DNA from: an uncultured Prevotella sp.
GTDB taxonomy: Bacteria > Bacteroidota > Bacteroidia > Bacteroidales > Bacteroidaceae
NCBI GenBank assembly: GCA_946405145.1
Contig: CAMJGE010000003.1
Span: 63,404 to 127,403 of the forward strand
Direction: 5' to 3'
DNA: 64,000 nt
The notes below the pieces were generated by a model that saw nothing but the letters and a program-made list of their open reading frames with translations, was not told the origin of the DNA and ran no database searches. Every line of letters begins with the position of its first letter. The first letter of the stretch is position 1. The position numbers were made by a program, and so were the translations under genes. Shown one piece after another: positions 28,756 to 36,926 of the stretch.

Positions 28756-30108
28756 ATGGAGGGAAGAGGTGTATTCGGTAGTAAGATAGCCATAGTCCTT
28801 GCTACAGCAGGTTCGGCTGTTGGCTTGGGCAATGTGTGGCGTTTCCCCTTTATGACGGGCCAGAATGGGGGAGCAGCTTTTATCTTGCTTTATTTCGGAT
28901 GCGTGTTGCTGCTGGGTATTCCTGGTATGGTGAGTGAGTTCCTGATAGGTCGCTATGCACAGTCGAATGCTGCTCGTGCCTATAGCAATATGGGACATCG
29001 TGGCTGGCAGTTTGTCGGTTATTTGGGCATCCTCACATCCACTATCATTCTTGGTTTCTATGCTGTTGTGGCAGGCTGGTGTCTTCAGTATCTTTTTGCT
29101 TCGATAGCAGGAAAGTTGAATGGCGATGCTGATAGCATCATCAACTATTTCAGATCTTTCTCCAGTGATCCATTCTGGCCCTGTTTATGGGCAGTGGTAT
29201 TTGTGCTGATAACGCATGTGGTGGTGTCACGTGGTGTAAAAAGGGGTATTGAACGGGCTTCGAAGCTGCTGATGCCATTACTCCTCTTATTGTTAGTGAT
29301 AATTGTTATTGCCTCCTGTCTGTTGCCAGGAGCAGAGAAGGGTATTGCCTTCTTGTTTAAGCCCGACTTCTCGAAAGTGAGTGCTAATGTATTTCTCGAG
29401 GCTTTAGGTCAGGCATTCTTCTCGCTCAGCTTGGGTACAGCCTGCTTGTGTACTTACGCTTCATATTTTAAACGCGATACTCATCTGCTGGGTGCTGCCA
29501 CGCAGATTGCCTTACTCGATTCTGGTATTGCCATCTTGGCTGGTCTGATGATTTTTCCCGCAGCTTTCTCTGTGGGTGTGCAGCCCGATAGTGGTCCCTC
29601 GCTGATATTCATAACCCTGCCGAATGTGTTCCAACAGGCGTTTATGGAGATGCCGGAAGTGGGTTATGTCATCTCCATCATGTTTTATGCACTATTGGTG
29701 TTTGCAGCTCTTACATCAACCATCTCTATGCACGAGATAGGAACAGTGTTCTTCCATGAGGAACTGAAGATCTCTCGACAGCGTGCCGCCTGGATTCTGA
29801 CATCCGTGTGTGCTTTGTTGTCTGTGTTTTGTTCGTTCTCCGTGGGTGCCTATAGTGGCTTACAGCTTTTTGGCATGCCGTTGATGGAGTTCTGCGATTT
29901 CCTCACAGCCCAGTTGATGTTACCTGCAGGAGCCTTCCTGACGAGTATCATGCTGGGGTGGTTTGTGAGCAAAGCACTGGTGAAGAGCGAGTTTACCAAT
30001 CAAGGTACTGTTAGCCTTGTTTTCTTCCGTGTGTGGCATTTTACCATCCGTTTCGTTGTTCCTCTCTGCATCCTGCTGATCTTCCTTCATCAGTTTGGTA
30101 TCCTATGA
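28756..30108 (+). CDS. Sodium-dependent transporter (NSS/SNF family), tandem paralog
   Basis: GSAVGLGNVWRFP; C-terminus IFLHQFG as in upstream gene. Confidence 0.93.
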   Translation: MEGRGVFGSKIAIVLATAGSAVGLGNVWRFPFMTGQNGGAAFILLYFGCVLLLGIPGMVSEFLIGRYAQSNAARAYSNMGHRGWQFVGYLGILTSTIILGFYAVVAGWCLQYLFASIAGKLNGDADSIINYFRSFSSDPFWPCLWAVVFVLITHVVVSRGVKRGIERASKLLMPLLLLLLVIIVIASCLLPGAEKGIAFLFKPDFSKVSANVFLEALGQAFFSLSLGTACLCTYASYFKRDTHLLGAATQIALLDSGIAILAGLMIFPAAFSVGVQPDSGPSLIFITLPNVFQQAFMEMPEVGYVISIMFYALLVFAALTSTISMHEIGTVFFHEELKISRQRAAWILTSVCALLSVFCSFSVGAYSGLQLFGMPLMEFCDFLTAQLMLPAGAFLTSIMLGWFVSKALVKSEFTNQGTVSLVFFRVWHFTIRFVVPLCILLIFLHQFGIL

Positions 30109-30983
30109 TGCGGGAGTTCTTTTATCTTCAGAAGTCCGATCGCAAGGTGGTGCTCGCCTTGCTGGCTGTGATTGTCATCGCCTTGGGGGTGATAATAGTG
30201 ACTAGCCGGACAAGCCTTCCTAGTAGCCCTAGTATTTCTAGTATTCCTAGTAGCCCTAGGCAGCCTAGTACGCCTAGTAATCCTAGCCGAAGCGTGGAGC
30301 GCTTCCCTTTCGATCCTAATACAGCCGATAGCACGCAGCTAAGGCGGTTGGGCCTTCAAAGCTGGCAAATCAGGAATATCTACAAGTTCAGAGCTGCTGG
30401 GGGTATCTATCGCAAGCCTTTGGATTTTGCCCGCCTCTATGGTCTGACTGTCAAGGAGTATCGCGAGTTGGAGCCTTATATCCGTATCTCTCCCGATTAT
30501 CTGCCAGCTGCAACGTTGGTGAAAGAGTCATCTGCGCCTGTGACTGCACCTCGTGATACCACGAAAGTGCACCATTATCCAGAGAAGATCAGCGAGACAG
30601 CTCATGTCATCCTTAATACTGCTGATACTACAGAACTGATGAAAGTGCCTGGTATTGGACCCTATTTTGCCAGGAAGATTGTGCAGTATGGACAGCGTCT
30701 GGGAGGCTATGTCAGTGTGAGTCAGCTCGATGAAATTGAGGACTTCCCTTTAGAGTCTAAACGCTTTTTTGTTGTTGAAGGGGTGGCACCCCAGAAGTTG
30801 AATGTCAACAGACTCTCGCTCAATGAGCTGAAACGTCATCCTTATATCAATTTCTTTATGGCACGAACGATTACTGACTATCGTCGTCTGCATGGTGCGT
30901 TACACTCGCTGAATGATCTTCGTCTCACGAAGGATTTTTCCCCAGAGGTCATCGCCCGCCTCGAACCTTATGTCGAGTTCTGA
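30105..30983 (+). CDS. ComEA-like helix-hairpin-helix DNA-binding membrane protein
   Basis: N-terminal TM; FDPNTAD, LNTADTTELMKVPGIG and LNVNRLS HhH repeats; ATGA overlap at 30105. Confidence 0.85.
   Translation: MMREFFYLQKSDRKVVLALLAVIVIALGVIIVTSRTSLPSSPSISSIPSSPRQPSTPSNPSRSVERFPFDPNTADSTQLRRLGLQSWQIRNIYKFRAAGGIYRKPLDFARLYGLTVKEYRELEPYIRISPDYLPAATLVKESSAPVTAPRDTTKVHHYPEKISETAHVILNTADTTELMKVPGIGPYFARKIVQYGQRLGGYVSVSQLDEIEDFPLESKRFFVVEGVAPQKLNVNRLSLNELKRHPYINFFMARTITDYRRLHGALHSLNDLRLTKDFSPEVIARLEPYVEF
30201..30290 (+). repeat. 9-bp CTAG-containing tandem array inside comEA-like gene
   Basis: cctagtagc cctagtatt tctagtatt cctagtagc cctaggcag cctagtacg cctagtaat cctagccga, encoding PSSPSISSIPSSPRQPSTPSNPSR. 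Confidence 0.85.
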
Positions 30984-31120
30984 TTAATGCTTGCAATTGC
31001 TACCATTAATGCTAGCAATTATTCCCATTAATGGGAACATTTTTTATTTTTTTGTAACCTCTGCTTGGAGTATTCAACTTTTTTTCTTATCTTTGCCCAC
31101 AAAACCAAAAACAATAGATT

Positions 31121-31309
31121 ATGTTTGGACTTGGAATGCAAGAGATACTGGTCATCGCACTGATTATATTGCTGCTCTTCGGCGGCAAGAAGATTCCTGA
31201 ACTCATGAAGGGACTCGGCAAAGGCGTGAAGAGCTTCAAGGAAGGAATGAACGAGGTGACTGATCAGAAGGATGAAGTGAAAAGTGAAGAAGTGAAAGGT
31301 GAAAAGTGA
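31121..31309 (+). CDS. tatA: Twin-arginine translocase TatA
   Basis: [36 protein letters not shown]. Confidence 0.95.
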   Translation: MFGLGMQEILVIALIILLLFGGKKIPELMKGLGKGVKSFKEGMNEVTDQKDEVKSEEVKGEK

Positions 31310-32066
31310 GAGCGGACAGACCATGACGTTCTGGGATCATCTTGACGAACTGAGAGGGGTGATAGTCAGGATGCTGTTGGTCATCATGCTGGTAGCGACA
31401 GTGGCCTTCGTCATGAAGGATGAGCTGTTCGCTGTGGTCCTGGCGCCGCGAACCAGCGATTTCATCACCTATCGGCTGATAGGCGTGGAACCTTTTGAGA
31501 TTCATCTGATGAACACAGGACTGACGGAGCAGTTTATGGTGCACCTGAAAACGGCTGTCTATGCGGGCGTGCTTGTGGCTTCACCTTATATTATATATCT
31601 GCTCTTCGGCTTTGTGGCACCAGCGCTCTATGACAATGAAAGGCATTTTGCCACGCTGCTTTGCGCGAGTGGCTACCTGATGTTCATGCTGGGAACGGCA
31701 CTTAACTATCTGCTCATCTTCCCGCTGACACTCAAGTTCCTGGGAACTTATCAGGTGAGCGAGGATGTGGCGAACATGCTGACGTTGCAGTCGTATATGG
31801 ATACGCTGTTGACGATGAATCTTGTGATGGGCATCGTGTTCGAACTACCTGTGGTGAGCTGGATCCTGGGGCGTATGGGACTGATTGATGCTAAGCTGAT
31901 GCAGGCGATGAGGCGACATGCGGTGGTGGCTATCTTGATTGTGGCAGCAATCATTACACCTACAACAGATGCCTTTACGCTCTTTGTGGTGGCACTGCCG
32001 ATATGGCTGCTCTACGAACTGAGCATCGTGATTGTGAGAATGACTAAACAAACAAATACTGAATAA
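31299..32066 (+). CDS. tatC: Twin-arginine translocase TatC
   Basis: [36 protein letters not shown]. Confidence 0.95.
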   Translation: MKSESGQTMTFWDHLDELRGVIVRMLLVIMLVATVAFVMKDELFAVVLAPRTSDFITYRLIGVEPFEIHLMNTGLTEQFMVHLKTAVYAGVLVASPYIIYLLFGFVAPALYDNERHFATLLCASGYLMFMLGTALNYLLIFPLTLKFLGTYQVSEDVANMLTLQSYMDTLLTMNLVMGIVFELPVVSWILGRMGLIDAKLMQAMRRHAVVAILIVAAIITPTTDAFTLFVVALPIWLLYELSIVIVRMTKQTNTE

Positions 32067-32072
32067 GAATCT

Positions 32073-33539
32073 ATGTTACGTAAAATCAGAACAATCCTGG
32101 CGGCAGTGGTCTTTGTGTTGATCACCCTGCTGTTCCTCGACTTCACGGGGACATTGCATTGTTGGCTGGGCTGGCTGGCAAAAATCCAGTTCCTGCCTGC
32201 GGTGATGGCACTTAATGTCATCGTGGTAGTAGCACTTGTTGTGCTGACGCTTGTTTTCGGACGCATCTATTGCTCCGTCATCTGTCCGCTGGGTATCTTC
32301 CAAGATCTTCTGGCGCGTCTGCGCAGAAAGAAGAACAAATACACTTATTCGAAAGAGGTGAAGTGGTTGCGCTACCCTGTGCTGGCGGTATTTATATTGG
32401 CTGGTGTTACTGGTATCGGCTCGCTCTTCCAGCTGTTGGCACCTTACAGTGCCTATGGCCGTATTGCCACGATGATCTTCCAACCGATATGGAAGGGATG
32501 CAACAATCTGCTGGCAATGGCTGCTGAGCATATGGACAGCTATGCTTTCTACAGTATTGACACCTGGATGCGCTCATTGCCTGTACTGGTGATTGCTGTG
32601 GTGACACTGGTAGTGCTCTTCATCCTGGCTTGGCAAGGTGGACGTACTTATTGCAACACCATCTGTCCTGTAGGTACGATCCTGTCGTTCTTTGCCCGTT
32701 TCTCATGGCTGAAGATCCACTTCGATGTGGATAAATGCAAGAATTGCTCACTCTGCTCGAAAAACTGTAAGGCCGCTTGTATCGACTTCAAGACACATAC
32801 GGTAGATTATAGTCGCTGCGTGGCTTGTGGAAACTGTATCGACAGCTGTAAGTTTGGGGCACTGAGGTATTCTAGTCGAGCTGGTCAGACTAGCGGTCCT
32901 AGTCCTGTCGATAGCTCTAAGCGTTCCTTCCTGTTGGCATCAGCTATGTTGGCTACGGGTGCTATGGCTCAGAAGAAGGAGAAGCTGATGGATGGCGGAT
33001 TGGCTGATATAGAGGATAAGGTGGCACCAGAGCGTCAGACGCCACTCACTCCTCCAGGTTCTCTCTCGTTCCAGAACCTCTCAACGCGTTGTACAGGCTG
33101 TCAGCTCTGTGTCTCAGAGTGTCCTAATCAGGTTCTGCGCCCCTCTGGTGACCTGATGCATCTGATGCAGCCTACGATGTCGTATGAGAACGGCTATTGT
33201 CGTCCGGAGTGTACACGCTGTTCAGAGGTTTGCCCCGCAGGTGCCATCAAGCTGATAGACAAACCTGAGAAGACCTCGATTCAGATTGGTCATGCTGTAT
33301 GGATTAAGAAGAACTGCGTGGTTCTGACGGATGAAGTGGAGTGTGGCAACTGCGCACGCCATTGTCCTTCAGGTGCTATCGTAATGGTTCCATCTGATCC
33401 TAAAAATGAGGAGTCACCCAAGGTGCCTGCTGTCAATGAAGCAGCCTGTATCGGATGCGGTGCTTGTGAGTATGTCTGTCCGTCACGCCCGTTCTCGGCT
33501 ATCTATGTCGAGGGCCATGAGGTACATCGAAAGATTTGA
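32073..33539 (+). CDS. Membrane polyferredoxin (NapH/NapG-like 4Fe-4S protein) with internal KR-type Tat-like motif
   Basis: About 4 TMs with GRIYCSVICPLG and YCNTICPVG; several CxxCxxCxxxCP clusters; SKRSFLL followed by a hydrophobic stretch. Confidence 0.85.
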   Translation: MLRKIRTILAAVVFVLITLLFLDFTGTLHCWLGWLAKIQFLPAVMALNVIVVVALVVLTLVFGRIYCSVICPLGIFQDLLARLRRKKNKYTYSKEVKWLRYPVLAVFILAGVTGIGSLFQLLAPYSAYGRIATMIFQPIWKGCNNLLAMAAEHMDSYAFYSIDTWMRSLPVLVIAVVTLVVLFILAWQGGRTYCNTICPVGTILSFFARFSWLKIHFDVDKCKNCSLCSKNCKAACIDFKTHTVDYSRCVACGNCIDSCKFGALRYSSRAGQTSGPSPVDSSKRSFLLASAMLATGAMAQKKEKLMDGGLADIEDKVAPERQTPLTPPGSLSFQNLSTRCTGCQLCVSECPNQVLRPSGDLMHLMQPTMSYENGYCRPECTRCSEVCPAGAIKLIDKPEKTSIQIGHAVWIKKNCVVLTDEVECGNCARHCPSGAIVMVPSDPKNEESPKVPAVNEAACIGCGACEYVCPSRPFSAIYVEGHEVHRKI

Positions 33540-33568
33540 TGTTTTAACCATTTACGATTTGACTATTT

Positions 33569-34981
33569 ATGAAGAAGAATAATATATCACGCCGTTCGTT
33601 CCTGAAGCTCTTCGGAGCAGGAAGTGCTGCTACAGCCGCTGTGCTGACAGGGTGTAAAGGTGGTAACAAAGCTGCCTCTCAGGCCGCTGATGAATATAAA
33701 AATCAAGTAGAGCCTCCCGTAGGTCAGATGACTTATCGTGAGAATCCGAAGACTAAGGAGAAAGTGTCTGTTCTGGGTTATGGCATGATGCGTCTGCCGA
33801 CAAAGGTTGATAACAGCGATGAGTATGATCAGGATATGATCAATAAGCAGGTTGACTATGCCATAGAGCATGGTATGAACTATTTCGATACCTCACCTGT
33901 ATATTGTCAGGGAAAGTCAGAGCATTGCACGGGTATTGCCCTTAGCCGTCATAAGCGCAGTGAATATTTCGTAGCCACAAAGCTTTCAAACTTTAATAGA
34001 GACTACTGGTCACGGGAGAAGTCCATTGAGATGTACCATAACTCGTTGAAAGAGTTGCAGGTAGATTATATCGACTACTATCTTCTCCATTCAGTGGGAG
34101 GTAGTATGGAGGAATTCAAAGGCCGATACATTGATAATGGTATCATCGACTATCTGATGAAGGAGCGTGAGGCAGGACGTATCCGCAATCTGGGTTTCTC
34201 GTTTCACGGCCTGAAAAATGTATTTGATGAGGTACTTGCTACTCATGAGCAGTATCACTGGGATTTTGTTCAGATTGAGTTGAATTACCTCGATTGGAAC
34301 TATGCCAATGAAATTAGCAATCGCAATGTTGACGCCAGCTATCTGTATGCTGAGCTTCAGAAGCGTGGCATCCCTGCTGTTATTATGGAGCCCTTATTGG
34401 GTGGCCGTTTAGCAAATCTGCCTCAATATCTGGCTGCAGAGATGAAGAGTCATGCCCCAGAGCGCAGTGTGGCATCGTGGGCCTTCCGTTATGCGGGAAC
34501 GCCAGAAGGTGTGCTCACTGTACTAAGTGGAATGACTTATATGGAGCACCTTAAGGATAACTTGTTGTCATATTGTCCTTTGGTGCCGTTGACGGATGAA
34601 GAGATGCGTTATCTCGACGATGAAGTGGCCCAGAAAATTGTAGGGTTGGAGAACATTCCTTGTAACGATTGTAAGTATTGTATGCCTTGTCCTTATGGTA
34701 TTGATATACCTGCAATCTTCGTCCACTATAATAAGTGTAAGAACGAAGGCTCGTTACCTATGGGAGTAGGTGATAAAGAGTATCGTCAGCATCGTCGCCA
34801 GTATCTGATCTCGTTGGATCGTATCGTACCTCGTTTCCGTCAGCCTGATCATTGTATCGGCTGTCATCAGTGCGAACCTCATTGTCCGCAGAGCATCAAG
34901 ATTACTCGTGAACTCCATAAGATCAGTGACATGATTGAAGAGTTGAGGCGTAATCCGCTGGGAGAAGAGAATGGAGCATAA
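33569..34981 (+). CDS. Aldo/keto reductase with C-terminal 4Fe-4S dicluster and Tat lipoprotein-type signal
   Basis: SRRSFLK...LTGC; AKR tetrad FDTSPVY, ATKL, LLH; CNDCKYCMPCP and CIGCHQCEPHCPQ. Confidence 0.9.
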   Translation: MKKNNISRRSFLKLFGAGSAATAAVLTGCKGGNKAASQAADEYKNQVEPPVGQMTYRENPKTKEKVSVLGYGMMRLPTKVDNSDEYDQDMINKQVDYAIEHGMNYFDTSPVYCQGKSEHCTGIALSRHKRSEYFVATKLSNFNRDYWSREKSIEMYHNSLKELQVDYIDYYLLHSVGGSMEEFKGRYIDNGIIDYLMKEREAGRIRNLGFSFHGLKNVFDEVLATHEQYHWDFVQIELNYLDWNYANEISNRNVDASYLYAELQKRGIPAVIMEPLLGGRLANLPQYLAAEMKSHAPERSVASWAFRYAGTPEGVLTVLSGMTYMEHLKDNLLSYCPLVPLTDEEMRYLDDEVAQKIVGLENIPCNDCKYCMPCPYGIDIPAIFVHYNKCKNEGSLPMGVGDKEYRQHRRQYLISLDRIVPRFRQPDHCIGCHQCEPHCPQSIKITRELHKISDMIEELRRNPLGEENGA

Positions 34982-34984
34982 ATA

Positions 34985-35022
34985 AAAGAAGGTGTGTCAA
35001 ATAGCGGCACACCTTCTTTCTT
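34985..35022. terminator. Bidirectional terminator
   Basis: aaagaaggtgtgtc-aaatagc-ggcacaccttcttt between convergent genes. Confidence 0.8.
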
Positions 35023-35041
35023 GTTAATTAATTGTAGTTTC

Positions 35042-35404
35042 TTACTTGTTCAATCCACGATTGTTAACCGTAGTGTTCAGCAGTGTGAGGTAAGTACGGA
35101 ACTGTTTGTCGTTCAGCACATAGCGCATCCACTTTACATCGTTGTCAAGTGCACGTGCAACTAATTTCTTGCGATCGTTAGCACCATACTGTGCAGCAAA
35201 CATCAACTCAGATGCAAATGTGTGGTGAATGTCTGCAACAGCCTCTTTCTGATCGTCGGCCAGCTCAAGTGCCTCGGAGAGCTTAGTCATATTCACATTC
35301 AGCTCGTAAGCCTCCATATTGTTTGCACCCATTGCCATTTCACCTTCTGCAAATGCAGTTGTCATACTCAGCATTGCAACTAATGTCAAAATCATCTTTT
35401 TCAT
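35042..35404 (-). CDS. Secreted helical hypothetical protein
   Basis: Signal peptide MKKMILTLVAMLSMTTAFA; own promoter (caaaggta at about 35495). Confidence 0.75.
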   Translation of the reverse strand: MKKMILTLVAMLSMTTAFAEGEMAMGANNMEAYELNVNMTKLSEALELADDQKEAVADIHHTFASELMFAAQYGANDRKKLVARALDNDVKWMRYVLNDKQFRTYLTLLNTTVNNRGLNK

Positions 35405-35722
35405 CTTTTTACCCTTTCTTTTCTTTACTCAGAGCGTTGTGTTTCTTCGCTCCTACTTTAATAATTTGTTATCCTTTTGTTTCTTTTGACGGTGCAAAGG
35501 TAAGGCGATTTTTTTTTTTACGCAAACGTTTTCGGGAAATTGTGTGCGAACACAGTCCTTTTATTGATGCAAGTCAAATAATTCTTTTTATGGAAAATAT
35601 GATAATATGAAATTAATACATTATCTTTGCAGAGGAATCAAAATGGGCAAAACCGAAAGGCTATAAAAAGGAAAAAGTGGCGCCGAAGCAACCACTCATT
35701 CACGCTGTAAGGTTTTCAAAAG

Positions 35723-35795
35723 TCGGGATGAGGCGACTCGAACGCCCGACCCCTACGTCCCGAACGTAGTGCGCTACCAACTGCGCTACATCCCG
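35723..35795 (-). tRNA. tRNA-Pro (CGG)
   Basis: Reverse complement CGGGATGTAGCGCAGTTGGTAGCGCACTACGTT-CGG-GACGTAGGGGTCGGGCGTTCGAGTCGCCTCATCCCGA folds as a cloverleaf; CCA not encoded. Confidence 0.96.
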
Positions 35796-35864
35796 ATTTT
35801 GCGGATGCAAAGGTACGGTTATTTTTTGAAATACGTGCAAGAAAAGGAATAAAATTTTAGATAT

Positions 35865-36926
35865 ATGACAAAAATCAAGGCTTTATGTATTGTTTTCCTG
35901 TTCCTGTTGAGTTGTACTATAAAAGCAGGCGAACAGGTGATTGTAGTTAAGAAGAGTGATGCTGCGAGTTTGTTGGAAGCTATTGACCAGGCAAACAAAC
36001 TGAATGCAGATCCACTTTCAGAACGTATCTATATCCTGATTCCTGATGGATTGTATGATCTGAAGACTGCAGTGCTGACCTCTATCACAGGTTATAATAT
36101 ATCGCTTATTGGCCAGAGCATGTATTTTACGGTGATTCGCAATGCACCATCTATTGAAATGGCGGGTATTGATAGAACCGCCACGATTCTGAATACAGGT
36201 TCAGGATTGTATATGCAAGATCTGACCTTGCAGAACGATCTCAATTTCTATCAGGCAGGGTTTACAGGGAGAGCCGTTGCCTTTCAGGATAAGGGAACAC
36301 GTTCTATTCTTAATCACGTGAGACTGATGTCCTATCAAAACACCTATTATACGGATAATGCTGTCGGGCAATCGTATCTTTATTGCTCGGAGATTCATGG
36401 GGCGTTGGATTTCATCTGCGGTAGTGGTGATGCGCTTTTCGACCTTTGCAGTCTCGTCACAGAGCGACGCTCGGCTGATGGCTCAGGATATAACGTGATA
36501 GCTGCTCCCTCTACATCCCAAACTCCGTGGGGATATGTGTTCTTGAACTGTGATATATATAATCGTGAATCAGATTTTCTGTATGCCTCTGGTTGGCAGA
36601 ATACTCCCCGTTGTGTCTGGGTGAATACATGCCTGAAGACACCAGAAAAGCTGAAGGAACCTCGTTTTGAAATAGAGGGTATGTACACGAACAAGAACTA
36701 TTTCAAGGAGTATAATACCAAAGATTTAAATGGTGAGCATATCACGCCGAAGTCGAATGTTGTGACATTTACGCTTGAAGGAGAAGAAAATGCTGTAGAG
36801 ACGATTCTTACAAAGCAGGAGGCTAAACAATACCAGTTAAATAACATATTCCCCGACTGGAAGCCGAGGAATATTGTCTATAAGCTTTCCGACAAGGCAG
36901 CAAAGCTTAGGAAACAATACTTTTAA
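35865..36926 (+). CDS. Pectinesterase (CE8)-like protein with degenerate active site
   Basis: Signal peptide; PDGLY, TLQN, RAVAF, YQNTYY, GALDFICGSG, GYVFLNC; LGRPW replaced by YASGW. Confidence 0.82.
   Translation: MTKIKALCIVFLFLLSCTIKAGEQVIVVKKSDAASLLEAIDQANKLNADPLSERIYILIPDGLYDLKTAVLTSITGYNISLIGQSMYFTVIRNAPSIEMAGIDRTATILNTGSGLYMQDLTLQNDLNFYQAGFTGRAVAFQDKGTRSILNHVRLMSYQNTYYTDNAVGQSYLYCSEIHGALDFICGSGDALFDLCSLVTERRSADGSGYNVIAAPSTSQTPWGYVFLNCDIYNRESDFLYASGWQNTPRCVWVNTCLKTPEKLKEPRFEIEGMYTNKNYFKEYNTKDLNGEHITPKSNVVTFTLEGEENAVETILTKQEAKQYQLNNIFPDWKPRNIVYKLSDKAAKLRKQYF

Noticed and set aside
35643-35700. c-di-GMP-I riboswitch (gggcaaaaccgaaagg)
   Set aside because: Only the first GNRA hairpin resembles it; the GACGCAAA junction and second stem are absent
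35723-35795. tRNA-Pro as an island attachment site
   Set aside because: No duplicated tRNA 3' end or integrase seen in the window
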